Part shown: in pieces, positions 19,861 through 29,799 of the stretch | Layout: each line of letters begins with the position of its first letter | How positions within the stretch are numbered: position 1 is the first letter of the stretch | NCBI GenBank assembly: GCA_016180085.1 | Contig: JACPBX010000005.1 | Coordinates: 1-56,648 of the forward strand | Direction of reading: 5' to 3' | From: Candidatus Woesearchaeota archaeon | GTDB lineage: Archaea; Nanobdellota; Nanobdellia; Woesearchaeales; UBA10216 | Length of the DNA: 56,648 nt | Notes under the pieces: generated by a model | Told to the model about the DNA's origin: nothing | Database searches by the model: none | The model's input: the letters and a program-made list of their open reading frames with translations, nothing else | Translations under genes and position numbers: made by a program

Positions 19861-20943
19861 ATGGACTTGCAGGAAATAATTGACAACGAGGGCAGAGCGC
19901 TCAGAGAGCTCTCGAAAGCTAGCATTGGCTCCGGTTATGCAGAAGATTTTTACATGAACGCTTTTATGGAACTCGCTAAGGCTAATAATTCACGCACGTA
20001 TAGGGCGCGGCTTGCCGATTACGTGGCTCTTGCGGATGAATTGCCTGTGCCCACACACTTGGCCCTGCTACTGGCTGCACAGGCCAGGCAGTTTAAGATA
20101 GTGCCTGACGCCTACGTCAAAGGAGATAGATTCTTGAAATTAGATGGTTTCCTGAAATCAGTCGACTCAGCAGTAGCCTTGGCCACTGAGCCTGATTCGG
20201 GCAAGGCCAAAGCCGTTCTTAAGCAGGTGATACTGCAGCAAGCTGGCACTGCCTACTCTCAAGCTGAACTGCTTAGTCACGGGGAAAACGAGGTGGTTAG
20301 CCACATGGCATGCTACCGTCAGCTTGTGCCTGGTGAGTTTGAGCCTGACGTAATGCGGGCCGCAGCCAAATTGACTCGCGCATTGCTCATGCATGGCAGG
20401 CTGGTTAGTGCCTACGACTTGGCGCTGTCAGCTGCAGGCAGCCCTGACAATATAAGGTCTGAGCCATTTCTGAGTGCTGCGGAAACGCGTAGGCGCGAAA
20501 GCTTATACGAAAATAGGAGTGACGTTGACAAGTTTGCCCTCCTGGACGAACTCGCGAGTGATATTTACTATGTGAACCAGCGTTCTGGAGGCAGGCTGGG
20601 GCATGACCCAAAGCAGGAGCTGCTCATCACGGCAAAAGGCGCAATAGCAGCTTACAATACAGGCAATATAAGGAATCTATCAATATTATTGCAGCACCTA
20701 GGGAGTGTTTCGAGGGCGTGCCAGCTGCGTGGCATCTCACCCCATGATGCTTTAACTCCCGAATTAGCCGGTAAACTCCCTGACGCGTTTACAAGTGCAC
20801 GGGAGCGTATCGAGGCACTGCGCCCACGCATTGGTCTGGAGCCTGTGGCACGTATTCTGGAAAGTTTCTCTAGAACAGAGCACAGCCTTGGTTTTGATGA
20901 TATGAGTATTCGCGGGGATTATCTTGAGAATAAACGGGAATAA
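19861..20943 (+). CDS. Hypothetical helical-repeat-like protein (ORFan)
   Basis: 360-aa Ala/Leu-rich ORF with its own TATA-like element. Confidence 0.65.
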   Translation: MDLQEIIDNEGRALRELSKASIGSGYAEDFYMNAFMELAKANNSRTYRARLADYVALADELPVPTHLALLLAAQARQFKIVPDAYVKGDRFLKLDGFLKSVDSAVALATEPDSGKAKAVLKQVILQQAGTAYSQAELLSHGENEVVSHMACYRQLVPGEFEPDVMRAAAKLTRALLMHGRLVSAYDLALSAAGSPDNIRSEPFLSAAETRRRESLYENRSDVDKFALLDELASDIYYVNQRSGGRLGHDPKQELLITAKGAIAAYNTGNIRNLSILLQHLGSVSRACQLRGISPHDALTPELAGKLPDAFTSARERIEALRPRIGLEPVARILESFSRTEHSLGFDDMSIRGDYLENKRE

Positions 20944-21009
20944 GCGGCCAGCAGATAGCATTCACCAGCCACCGCAAACTATTTAAAACACCAGAAAGAA
21001 GAAAATGCC

Positions 21010-21723
21010 ATGGAAGTAATTCTGAAGCAGAAGCCTAAGTCGCCAATAGTCATAAGCGGCTTTCCCGGCATAGGGATGGTTGGGGCAATAGCTGCAGAGT
21101 TCCTTATCCAGCACCTGGGTACAAAGCAGATTGGCAAGATTATCCTGGACAAAAACCCGGCACTCGTTGCGATTCACGAGGGCAAGCTAATTGAGCCTTT
21201 CAGCGTATACCACAGCACCAAGTACAACATCGTTGTCATCCACTCCATACTTGCAGTTCCAGGCACAGAATGGCAGATGGCAGAAGCCCTGCTCAGGATA
21301 TGCAAATCCCTGAATGCAAAAGAGCTAATTAGCGTTGAAGGCGTTGGAAGCGCCACAGAGGGAACAGAAAGCGGCAGGACGTTCTACTACTCGAACTCTG
21401 CATCCAGGGAAAAAGTGCTGGCAAAGCAGAAGATTGCCAAGCTGAAAGAGGGCATTATAATGGGGCCAACGTCAGCCATTCTCATGAAGGCGGGCACCCT
21501 GCCTGTAACCTGCTTCTTTGCAGAAACCCATGACGCAATGCCCGACAGCAACGCCGCTGCCCAGATAATCAGGGCACTTGACACCTATCTTGGCCTGAAC
21601 GTAGACTACAAGCCCCTGCTCCAGCTCGCTGCCAAGTTCGAGGAGAAGCTCAGGAACATAATGACACAAAGCAGGCAGGCAGAAGACCTGAGGGACAAGA
21701 AGCAGATGAGCTACGTTGGGTAA
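21010..21723 (+). CDS. PAC2-family proteasome assembly chaperone
   Basis: ISGFPGIGMVGAIAAEFLI, ISVEG, GIIMG, PDSNAAA. Confidence 0.92.
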   Translation: MEVILKQKPKSPIVISGFPGIGMVGAIAAEFLIQHLGTKQIGKIILDKNPALVAIHEGKLIEPFSVYHSTKYNIVVIHSILAVPGTEWQMAEALLRICKSLNAKELISVEGVGSATEGTESGRTFYYSNSASREKVLAKQKIAKLKEGIIMGPTSAILMKAGTLPVTCFFAETHDAMPDSNAAAQIIRALDTYLGLNVDYKPLLQLAAKFEEKLRNIMTQSRQAEDLRDKKQMSYVG

Positions 21724-21776
21724 GTTCCTAAGCATTAAAAAGCTAAAGAGTTAAAAAAAGGTGCTTAATAACAGAT

Positions 21777-22820
21777 TTGGTGAATGAGGATATTATGCTT
21801 ATAGCTGATGCAGGGAGTGAACTCTCTCTCGAAGAAAAGGCAGATGACCCTGAATCACGCAATTTTGCCGGCAAGGCAGTGTTATTTACGCGCAAGCGAA
21901 TGACGGGCGCCGGCAATGCGGTGCAGCAGGCTGCGCGCAGTGCGACACAGGCGTATCAGGCGCACGTGCCTGTTAACGTGCAATTGCTGGTTTATGGCGC
22001 GGCCAAGGACCTTGAAGCCGCCGTACAATGGTCATGGAATCGCGTTCCAGCTGTCTATCGTGACCGCTATTCCATCATTCAGAACACTGGCTGGTTTGCG
22101 TCAAAAGGAACGCAGGTTTGGCTGCTTAATCACGTTTTTAAAGGAGGAATTGAAACAGCCGTTGCAACGCGCGGCTGGGAACTCGCTGCAGTATGGTTTG
22201 CCTCAGCCGCAGCATTTGAGGCCGTAACCGCCGGAGCTCATTTTGCAACCGAATTCGGCACCACTTATAGAGGCGACTTAGGCAGGTTTATCGAGGTAAG
22301 AAAAGGGCTGCTGGCAGCACAAAACATCCCAAAGGCGTTTTTCGGAATTCTGACATGGGGGCTTAACCTTGGCCTTGACAAGACCGAGTTGGTTCCAGCT
22401 TCCACAGCAATTTACTTCACTGGCATTCCATTCAGCTACGAGCAGACAAGGTTCACTACGCTTTTCAAAAATGCCCGCGACAGGGGCGAATCGGGCTGGC
22501 ATTATGCTATTTCTTACATCAAAAACAGGCCGTCCCAGTACGCGACACAAATGGCAGGATATTTTGCTCCTGCAGCTAAATGGCTTACTGAGCATGTTAA
22601 GGCAATAGAGCAGCATGCGGACTCTGTGCTGGAGCAGGCAGGCAATGCACAGCGCATGGCTGTTAATGCGGCTGCTACTGCATTCATAGCTATTACTGCA
22701 TTAGGAGCAGCGTATCATGCGACAAAAGCAGCACTCTACACAGCGCCAACAACTATCCCAGCAAGCATCCCAGCAGGCATGGCAGGCGTAATAGCAGGAA
22801 TCTCCCGCTTTTCAGCATAG
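21777..22820 (+). CDS. Hypothetical Ala-rich, probably membrane-associated protein (ORFan; ATG at 21795)
   Basis: 347-aa ORF with several moderately hydrophobic stretches. Confidence 0.6.
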   Translation: MVNEDIMLIADAGSELSLEEKADDPESRNFAGKAVLFTRKRMTGAGNAVQQAARSATQAYQAHVPVNVQLLVYGAAKDLEAAVQWSWNRVPAVYRDRYSIIQNTGWFASKGTQVWLLNHVFKGGIETAVATRGWELAAVWFASAAAFEAVTAGAHFATEFGTTYRGDLGRFIEVRKGLLAAQNIPKAFFGILTWGLNLGLDKTELVPASTAIYFTGIPFSYEQTRFTTLFKNARDRGESGWHYAISYIKNRPSQYATQMAGYFAPAAKWLTEHVKAIEQHADSVLEQAGNAQRMAVNAAATAFIAITALGAAYHATKAALYTAPTTIPASIPAGMAGVIAGISRFSA

Positions 22821-22833
22821 TGCTGAGTCCATA

Positions 22834-23286
22834 TCATGCCCTCTTCTCAAACGGGTTCACAGCCTTTATGCCTTCAATCTTATCAAAGTCTTTGTCTTCT
22901 GTGTAAATGGTAGTGATGCCGTGCTCTTTCATCGTGGCTGCTATTACAGCATCGTAGAATTCGACGCCAAACGTGATATGCAATTCCATAGCGCTTAAAA
23001 TAGTTTTGGGGGTTGATGAAAGCTTAGGTATTTCGGAAATATCAACAATGTCGGCAATAAAAAGCCGGATCTCTTCTAAATTGACACGGTTTTTGAAGTA
23101 TTTATGCCTAGTAAACACGTTAAAAGTTTCTGAAAGAACCTGCGTTGTAACGGCAAGCCGCATTTCACCGTACAGGGCTGATTCAAACAGTTCATTAGCC
23201 ATCTCATGCTTGAATTCGTCAGAATTATCAAACGCGTGGACCAAAATATTAGCGTCCAGCAGAGAGTATGCGTTCAACTCGCTCAT
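22834..23286 (-). CDS. vapC: PIN-domain (VapC-like) toxin (likely start ATG 23286)
   Basis: LLDANILV, QVLSETFNV, FYDAVIAA, IYTEDKDF. Confidence 0.9.
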   Translation of the reverse strand: MSELNAYSLLDANILVHAFDNSDEFKHEMANELFESALYGEMRLAVTTQVLSETFNVFTRHKYFKNRVNLEEIRLFIADIVDISEIPKLSSTPKTILSAMELHITFGVEFYDAVIAATMKEHGITTIYTEDKDFDKIEGIKAVNPFEKRA

Positions 23287-23518
23287 CGTACAATTCGCTC
23301 CTGCACTTATATCCTTTGAACCCAACATTGACTCCTTTCCTAAGCCTTTCAAGAAGACGTTTCTTTATCACTTCCTGCTCATTCTCCTCGACATGGTTCC
23401 TCATGGCTTCGGTTATGGCGTCGCCAAGAAAGCCCTTCTTGCCGTTCCTGGCCTGAGCTGCGTTTTCCCGAAACTTTTGATATACTTCATCATCCACGTT
23501 AACTGTTATAGTAACCAT
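23249..23518 (-). CDS. RHH-like antitoxin partner of the PIN toxin
   Basis: MVTITVNVDDEVYQKFR...GFLGDAITEAM beta-alpha-alpha pattern; overlaps the PIN gene. Confidence 0.75.
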   Translation of the reverse strand: MVTITVNVDDEVYQKFRENAAQARNGKKGFLGDAITEAMRNHVEENEQEVIKKRLLERLRKGVNVGFKGYKCRSELYDERVERILSAGR

Positions 23519-23749
23519 AACCGCAAATTAAGTAACAAGAACTATTTAATTCTTTCTATTTTGTAAATACATCTGACTCAGTTGCCAACACGCGCAACGC
23601 ACTTTAAACACTCACTTCTAATCATAGTGCCTAAGACAAAATTCTGCCGAAACCAGTCACACTACACGCCCAACCGCTGCGAAAACCTTACACAAAAAGG
23701 CAAACAGATGGTAAACGCCGCAACAGCGCTTGGCTCAGACAATAACATA

Positions 23750-23910
23750 TCAAAAATAATACAAGCAAATTGTAATAAATAGTTAAATAATTTCGTCACA
23801 ATTATAGTACTAAACTTATGATAATTAATTAAAAGTTTTAGCATATCCTTTAGCACAACAATATTTAAAAACAACATCTTATTAACTAACCAGTAATTAC
23901 ATAATGCTTA
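23750..23910. other. AT-rich intergenic tract (about 21% GC by manual count) within a ~400-bp non-coding gap
   Basis: Direct base composition against a window of roughly 50% GC. Confidence 0.7.
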
Positions 23911-23925
23911 GGTTGGTGGGGTTTA

Positions 23926-24120
23926 ATGGGCGACTTTGAACAAACGACGGTAAAATCTTTTCATGCTGTCAAGTCGGACATGGACGAATTCAAAAGAAGC
24001 ATGAACGAGTGGGTGATATTCCTTGACAATAGCCTGCGCGACGCAAAAGAGCAGGTAAGGTTTCTCGAGAGGCGGGTTGCCGAGCTGGAGTCCGAGATTG
24101 AGATGATGTGGCGCAGATGA
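23926..24120 (+). CDS. Small coiled-coil protein
   Basis: 64 aa, heptad pattern, GGTGGGG SD; resembles a recalled Woesearchaeota-conserved family (KSF..VK.D...EW..FL). Confidence 0.7.
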   Translation: MGDFEQTTVKSFHAVKSDMDEFKRSMNEWVIFLDNSLRDAKEQVRFLERRVAELESEIEMMWRR

Positions 24121-24746
24121 CGACAGAGCATGACCCCATAAAGCCTCCAGACGAGGTTTTGGAGGCCAACGATTCGCTTGAGGATCTTCTCACTCATGAA
24201 TTAAAGACGAACGGCCCCAAAACTCCGGAAAATCTGCTGAAGCTTGCGCGAAATTCAGCAGTAGATAATCTGACAATCGTTTCGGAATATTTGCGCAATA
24301 CAGGCTTTACTCCTCGACGGCCGGCCGGGATTCCTGTTGCAGTTGTCCTTTATGCGTTAGGCATAAGCTATAGGACAGGTGTTGGGCGGAGAACGCGGCT
24401 GACCAACGTGCTCGGAGAACGTGTTGTGGAACACTTTCCAGGCTTTTCCAGAGACATGCCACTACTTGACTACCTCAGAGCGGATCTCACCGAGTACCCA
24501 AGAAGACAGACTGTGCGCGTGAGTGGGCGGCCAAGGGTAATCTTCCCTCGCGAAACGCGGGCTATTGATCTGTATCGCGATGTTATTGCTTCAATCCGTG
24601 GTAGTGAGCCAAGGAGAAGCGGCGGAATAAGAATGGAACAGCTCACGATAGGCAGCTTTTTGGAACTCCCGCTTGCGATTATCGAGACCAACAGGCAGAT
24701 TTATGACATGCTGGGGCCCTACGGATTTCGAAGTCCTTGGCTTTAA
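24108..24746 (+). CDS. Hypothetical protein (ORFan)
   Basis: 212-aa ORF overlapping the stop region of the preceding gene. Confidence 0.6.
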   Translation: MAQMTTEHDPIKPPDEVLEANDSLEDLLTHELKTNGPKTPENLLKLARNSAVDNLTIVSEYLRNTGFTPRRPAGIPVAVVLYALGISYRTGVGRRTRLTNVLGERVVEHFPGFSRDMPLLDYLRADLTEYPRRQTVRVSGRPRVIFPRETRAIDLYRDVIASIRGSEPRRSGGIRMEQLTIGSFLELPLAIIETNRQIYDMLGPYGFRSPWL

Positions 24747-24955
24747 ATTATCGGCTTGCCTTCCATCGCCTTTGAAACAACGTCGTGAACGTCAATAGCA
24801 ACCCCGACAGCAACAACAGCTGTGAATGCCAGTCCTGACAGGCCGAGCCACGACGCTAAAAGAAGCGCGATCATCGTCATTGTTCCAAGCCTTATCCAGT
24901 CGTCAATCGACGTCAGGAACTTAGTTTTCCACACAATAAGCTGCATCAGGTTCAT
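24743..24955 (-). CDS. Small two-TM membrane protein (likely start ATG 24955)
   Basis: Hydrophobic hairpin LGTMTMIALLLASWLGLSGLAFTAVVAVGVAI. Confidence 0.65.
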   Translation of the reverse strand: MNLMQLIVWKTKFLTSIDDWIRLGTMTMIALLLASWLGLSGLAFTAVVAVGVAIDVHDVVSKAMEGKPII

Positions 24956-25032
24956 CTTGCTGCTGCAAATTGGCACGCCTTTATAAAGCTGATACAAAAT
25001 ATTTATAAGCAAATTCGCATCACCAAAGCTAT

Positions 25033-25404
25033 ATGGGGGCGAATAACGGTTATAGCGGTCTGATGTGCTACGGAAGTGGCGGTCTGTTCACAGTAATTCT
25101 TAAGCCTGACGCTGCGGAAGGCATAGGCCAAAAACTGATTGCCGCGAATTGGATAGATGAGGAAGATTGGCGTGGCAGGCAGGGTATAGGTGGTCTTGTT
25201 TTTGCAACCGCTGAGTATACAGTTGACCCGCTCACTACTGCCGCTGAAGGCGAAGTATCACAGTTGGCTAAACGTTTGAACTTAAGAGTCTTAAAGTACG
25301 GTATGTCGGCAAGTGAATCTGTTGTGGCCCAAGCGCAAATCAATGACAGGGGAGATGCTGCTCTATTGCTGACAGCTTTGGCTAAAGCACTTCTTCAGAA
25401 ATAA
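25033..25404 (+). CDS. Hypothetical protein (ORFan)
   Basis: 123-aa ORF, AAATATTTATAAG about 25 nt upstream. Confidence 0.6.
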   Translation: MGANNGYSGLMCYGSGGLFTVILKPDAAEGIGQKLIAANWIDEEDWRGRQGIGGLVFATAEYTVDPLTTAAEGEVSQLAKRLNLRVLKYGMSASESVVAQAQINDRGDAALLLTALAKALLQK

Positions 25405-25450
25405 TTTTTAAGGCAAAACTTTTTTATAGCAGCCGTGAGCCGCAGTTGCC

Positions 25451-26074
25451 ATGCTTTTCGAACGGCTCAGCGAACTGTTTACAGGCATCATTGCCTCAAC
25501 CGGCTATCTAGGCGTCTTTATCTTGATGACTTTGGAAAGCATGGTTGCCCCAGTTCCCTCTGAGCTGGTCATGCCTTTTGCCGGCTTTCTCGTTGCCGAC
25601 GGCAAGCTTAACCTGTGGCTTGTCATAGTCATCAGCAGCCTGGCGTCAATAACAGGCTCTCTCATATCTTATTTTGTTGCCTATTTCGGCGAGAAAGAGC
25701 TCATCCACAAGTTTGGCAGGTTTGTTTTCCTCGACAAGGAAGAGCTTGAATGGACTGAGCGATGGTTCAGGAGGCACGGCAGCATCACCATTTTCATCAG
25801 CAGGCTTATCCCTGTGGTGAGGCATTTAATTTCAATTCCAGCCGGCCTGGCCAGGATGGACCTCAAGCAGTTTATTTTATTCACCGCCATTGGAGCCACC
25901 GCCTGGAATTCTTTTCTTTTGTTCGTCGGCATTAAGTTAAGGGAGAACTGGGGGATAGTCCACGAGTACAGCAAGCAGCTTGACATCTTAGTTGTAATAG
26001 GCATTCTCCTGGCAGCTGCTTATCTAGTGTACAGGCACGTGAAAAGGCGCAGAAAAGCCGCTGAAAAAGCTTAA
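25451..26074 (+). CDS. dedA: DedA/SNARE-associated family membrane protein
   Basis: LES...PVPSELVMPFAG, F.RHG..TIFISRLIPVVRHLISIPAG. Confidence 0.93.
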   Translation: MLFERLSELFTGIIASTGYLGVFILMTLESMVAPVPSELVMPFAGFLVADGKLNLWLVIVISSLASITGSLISYFVAYFGEKELIHKFGRFVFLDKEELEWTERWFRRHGSITIFISRLIPVVRHLISIPAGLARMDLKQFILFTAIGATAWNSFLLFVGIKLRENWGIVHEYSKQLDILVVIGILLAAAYLVYRHVKRRRKAAEKA

Positions 26075-26106
26075 AATTTATAAATCAAACTTGATTCGCT
26101 GCCATC

Positions 26107-26484
26107 ATGGCTGGCGCTCCTTTAGAGGTAATGGTTAACCTGATAGACGCGGGAGGTTTTTCAGCAATTAAAGCTGCAAGACCAGATAAACCGATTCAAA
26201 GGTTAGAGCCTACAAGAGTTCTTATCTACAGAGGCGAGCTCGGTGTTGAAGTTTATTTGGATGCTGACATAGTTAAACCGTCTGGAAAGCTGGTAAGAGA
26301 GGGGGGAACAATGGCCAAGCGGCCGGGAGAAGAGTTGACTAAAGATGCTGTCGCATACGTGGCTGGAACGCTGTGGAGCATGGCTACGGGTCCGCTCACT
26401 TTCACAGGCGATGAAAGCGCCAGGGACATACCCTCTAAGATTCAGAAGGCTTACGACAGCTTGCAGCCTTCTTCTCAGGCTTGA
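26107..26484 (+). CDS. Hypothetical protein (ORFan)
   Basis: 125-aa ORF, TTTATAAA about 25 nt upstream. Confidence 0.6.
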   Translation: MAGAPLEVMVNLIDAGGFSAIKAARPDKPIQRLEPTRVLIYRGELGVEVYLDADIVKPSGKLVREGGTMAKRPGEELTKDAVAYVAGTLWSMATGPLTFTGDESARDIPSKIQKAYDSLQPSSQA

Positions 26485-26533
26485 GCTGTGAAGCAACATT
26501 TTTAAGTTGAATCCTTCTCCCATTGGTTTTGCA

Positions 26534-27076
26534 ATGCCTTCACGACTGGAAAGGTGGCTAAAAGGCTGTGCTCCTGTGATTTGGCCAGCAGTTGGCTTTC
26601 TTAGCATGGTGGGATTCCCGCTCGTCGTCACGACCATTTCTCTGAATCAGTATTTTAGTTGGTTTGACGAATCCGCGGTCTTGGAGCGGTCAGAGCGCAG
26701 CGCTGTGAGGGGTTTGCAGTCACTGGATGCCAGACTTTATTCTTTATGGGATGATATGTCGCAGAAACAATCTGGTTTTCAGTTGGCAGAGATAAAGGAG
26801 TACTGCAGGGCTGTGGATGTTCCTGGCATTGGCCTTGCAGGCAAAGCAAAACAGCTCTGCAATGCGTACCGTGACCGCCCAGGGCAGGCTGAGCACGTGG
26901 ATGCAACCGGAGCCGCAGCTTACCGGGCGAATGTGCAGGAACTCAGATTTCTGGCAGGAGGGGCTCTTGGCATTTTGTTAACCGCCGCAGGCTTTTTCTA
27001 CTTTGGGCATACAAGTGATACCATTCGAAAAGATGCGGAAAAGGTTGTCCTTACCCATCCCAGGCAGCACCAGTAA
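26534..27076 (+). CDS. Hypothetical two-TM protein with an extracellular helical loop containing two Cys (likely start ATG 26534)
   Basis: Hydrophobic segments near both ends; TTTTAAG about 28 nt upstream. Confidence 0.6.
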   Translation: MPSRLERWLKGCAPVIWPAVGFLSMVGFPLVVTTISLNQYFSWFDESAVLERSERSAVRGLQSLDARLYSLWDDMSQKQSGFQLAEIKEYCRAVDVPGIGLAGKAKQLCNAYRDRPGQAEHVDATGAAAYRANVQELRFLAGGALGILLTAAGFFYFGHTSDTIRKDAEKVVLTHPRQHQ

Positions 27077-27091
27077 GGAGGAATGGTTTAA

Positions 27092-27583
27092 ATGTTAATA
27101 GACTATAACACTCCAATAGAAGGCCTGGCTGGCCTTGTGACAGGCATCATGGTGCAGCGCGGCATCCTCATGCGTCAAATTGGCACGGCACTGTCAGCCC
27201 GCCTTAACGCCTCATCTGATATGGTTAAACTTCACGTACAGGGCTTGCGGAAGGGCTTGCCTCTTGGCTATTACGCCGTCTATGATGAGTTGTTAATAGG
27301 CCGCAAGCTCAGCCGGACAGCCGTGGTTCTGGCACACCTGCAGGTTCCACCGGAGCACTCTGTGATAACAGCAATAAGAGAAAGATACACCAACTGCGCC
27401 AACTGGGTTTACCCTCCAACTGGCGAGGTGCCGGTGGCAGCCCAACCGATTCCAGATTTTACAAGACCGTCTGACGATGATTTGGGAGGCCTTGTGGGCA
27501 AGCTGCGCCAATTGAAGCCAAAGGACCTGGAAGTGGTCAGGAAAGCCGTAGACAAGCGCCTTCTGCAATACGGCAAGAAATAG
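27092..27583 (+). CDS. Hypothetical protein, possibly a divergent XRE-like HTH
   Basis: AGGAGG SD; N-terminal helices (GILMRQIGTALSARL...LHVQGLRKG) and a short C-terminal helical domain. Confidence 0.55.
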   Translation: MLIDYNTPIEGLAGLVTGIMVQRGILMRQIGTALSARLNASSDMVKLHVQGLRKGLPLGYYAVYDELLIGRKLSRTAVVLAHLQVPPEHSVITAIRERYTNCANWVYPPTGEVPVAAQPIPDFTRPSDDDLGGLVGKLRQLKPKDLEVVRKAVDKRLLQYGKK

Positions 27584-27646
27584 AGAGTGTTAATGGCGAC
27601 TTTTAGAAAGATATAAATACATCCTATTACCATTATTAGTATTATC

Positions 27647-27847
27647 ATGATTATTTTGCTGACGAAGCACGCAAAGGAACGCATGGCTGAGAAGGGCATT
27701 TCGGTTGGTATGATTAAGGAGGCGATAAGCAAAGGCGCTGTGGTGAGGCAAACTGACGGTTATTTAGCGACGTACACTTACTTTGCTGTTGCCTACAAAA
27801 TAATCAAACAAGGCGTTTACAAGGTTAAAACGGTGATGGTGAAATGA
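27647..27847 (+). CDS. DUF4258 family protein (putative toxin)
   Basis: LTKHAKERMAEKGIS...KVKTVM. Confidence 0.82.
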   Translation: MIILLTKHAKERMAEKGISVGMIKEAISKGAVVRQTDGYLATYTYFAVAYKIIKQGVYKVKTVMVK

Positions 27848-28176
27848 TTAGGGACAAATGTGATGAGTGTGGCGGGAAGCTTGTTGAGAAAAATGTGGAC
27901 TTCAGCATGTTTGGCGTTATGCTTGGAAAGTTTCCAGCAGAAGTGTGCTCCAAATGCGGCGAGGAGGTATTCACTGAGGAAACCTCTGCCAAGATTGACG
28001 AAGCTGCCAAGGAGAAGGGCTTATACGGCCTTGCAGCGTCTACGACTGTCGGCAAGTCAGGCGACTCCCTTGATATCCGCATAAGCAAGAAGGTTGCAGA
28101 GTTCGTCAACCTCCAGAAAGGCCAAACAGTTATGGTGCACCCGGAAGGGAAAAACAGAATAGTAATAACTTTCTAG
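27844..28176 (+). CDS. YgiT/MqsA-type zinc finger fused to an AbrB-like domain (putative antitoxin)
   Basis: CDECGG...VCSKCGEEVF, then VGKSGDSLDIRISK. Confidence 0.82.
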   Translation: MIRDKCDECGGKLVEKNVDFSMFGVMLGKFPAEVCSKCGEEVFTEETSAKIDEAAKEKGLYGLAASTTVGKSGDSLDIRISKKVAEFVNLQKGQTVMVHPEGKNRIVITF

Positions 28177-28277
28177 CTGTTTCAGCCGGCTCCGGAAGGG
28201 GGAAAGAGGGGGTTGCTGGCGGGTTTTGGAAAAGGTATAAATACCTGTTTTAATCCGGCTTTGTTAGGGGGTAAATT

Positions 28278-28487
28278 ATGGGTATGTTTAACGACCTTTC
28301 GGATTCTTTCAAAAAAGCCTTACTAATTTTTGGCTCCTTGGCTTTAATGGTAATTGTTGCGTTTCTAATCGGCTGGTTGTCTTCCATTTCTAATTTACAA
28401 GGGTTTAATGACGCTTTGATTTTAATTGGAGTCTTATTTATAGCTATAGTCTTTGTGACTGTGAGTCTGTATCTTAAAAAAAGGTAA
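28278..28487 (+). CDS. Small two-TM membrane protein
   Basis: 69 aa, two hydrophobic helices, GGGGGT SD; noticeably AT-rich coding. Confidence 0.65.
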   Translation: MGMFNDLSDSFKKALLIFGSLALMVIVAFLIGWLSSISNLQGFNDALILIGVLFIAIVFVTVSLYLKKR

Positions 28488-28628
28488 CAAAAGGGCAATG
28501 GCACCCCAAACATACGTTTAATAGTCGTTATCAGAATGTTTTTGGCTATTTTCCGGAAATTTTGTGCTCACGGCCGGAAAAACAGCGGCAAACAGCTTCT
28601 TTTTGCCTTTTTTGACCGCGGGAGCCGG

Positions 28629-29183
28629 CTAAAACTGCCAAAGGTTAGTACTGGATTGGCGCGGGTTTGAGTTGCCCATTTCAACCAAGGCACCCAGCAG
28701 GATTTCGGCTTTCTTCCCAAAACCGGCTTTTTTGGCTTGGCGAAGCTGTTTAGCAATGCCGTCACCAGGGCGCATGGGTCCTTCATATCCGAAGGAGTTT
28801 GCCACTGTTTCAGCAGTGCCGTCAGCGTACTGCCTGAGGGTTACATGGAACTCAGGGTTCCTGTAATTGGTCCCATGGTCGTTTGGCAGGGCAATTGGCG
28901 TTTGGCTGCTTACCGAATGCAGACCAAGCACCAGCACTTGAGGCGTCAGGGCCACATACACAATGTTCCCGCTGCCCGGATTTGGCTTAGGCATAGGTGA
29001 AAGCATCAGTAACTTAAGGACGTCCTTAGGGGTTGTTGCGGCGCCAGGGAGATAAAGGTTGGGCATCAAAGAAGCCCGGTCTGGTTCAGCCACTTCTGTG
29101 CTGTAAAGGCTCCATTTCCCGGCTATTCTGACGGTCTGTGCAAGGCAATCCTCCAATGAAGGTGTTCTTCTGAAAAGCCACAT
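28629..29183 (-). CDS. Hypothetical protein (ORFan)
   Basis: 184-aa ORF with TTTTTATAT about 25 nt upstream. Confidence 0.6.
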   Translation of the reverse strand: MWLFRRTPSLEDCLAQTVRIAGKWSLYSTEVAEPDRASLMPNLYLPGAATTPKDVLKLLMLSPMPKPNPGSGNIVYVALTPQVLVLGLHSVSSQTPIALPNDHGTNYRNPEFHVTLRQYADGTAETVANSFGYEGPMRPGDGIAKQLRQAKKAGFGKKAEILLGALVEMGNSNPRQSSTNLWQF

Positions 29184-29233
29184 AAGGCAGGGGTAACGCA
29201 GGAGAATATAAAAAATTTTGGAATATGGCTATG

Positions 29234-29271
29234 TGGCGGGTAGAAGGGGCACTGGCGGGTAGAAGGAGCGC
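29234..29271. repeat. Imperfect 19-bp tandem duplication (17/19)
   Basis: TGGCGGGTAGAAGGGGCAC / TGGCGGGTAGAAGGAGCGC. Confidence 0.85.
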
Positions 29272-29295
29272 CAAGCAACATTTTAGGTGCGCCCT

Positions 29296-29799
29296 TCAGG
29301 CCAGACCGTATTCTTTGGCGTGGTCAGCATAGTAGCGGACATCGTTATGGCTTCCGAATTGCTCAAACAAATCATCTACCTCAAAGCGCAGAAGTCGCGT
29401 GGCAAGATCATACAGGTAAGCGTTAAGGTCAGGCGCAGTGATGGCAACTCCGTAGTTTTCTTCGATAACTGCAACATGGGCCCGGACTGTTTGGTATTGG
29501 GTCATTAATTGGTTTGTTATTGCCTTAACAAAAACAGGAGGCACTTCCCTTGCTTTCAGCTGCATGGCCGCCCCGCGCCTCGCGATTAGCCTGGCGCAGC
29601 TGCTGGGAAAAGAGCTTCGCACTGCCGGATGGTTGTGCATGATAGCGAGAGGCGCTACCCTGGCTGCCTCTTCAAGCTTTACGCCTTTTGCGCTGAGCGA
29701 ACCAACTGCATCGGCAATAGCCGCAGAAGAAGGTTTAAGGTCGCTTAGTTGTGTAAGGCATTCTTTTTCAGCAGCCAACAATGCATCCAGTGGTCCCAT
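29296..29799 (-). CDS. Hypothetical helical protein (ORFan)
   Basis: 167-aa ORF, GATTTAAAC about 25 nt upstream. Confidence 0.6.
   Translation of the reverse strand: MGPLDALLAAEKECLTQLSDLKPSSAAIADAVGSLSAKGVKLEEAARVAPLAIMHNHPAVRSSFPSSCARLIARRGAAMQLKAREVPPVFVKAITNQLMTQYQTVRAHVAVIEENYGVAITAPDLNAYLYDLATRLLRFEVDDLFEQFGSHNDVRYYADHAKEYGLA

Noticed and set aside
23750-23910. Replication origin call
   Set aside because: AT-richness alone is not enough; no ORB repeats or cdc6/orc1 gene are in the window. Kept only as a low-interest finding.
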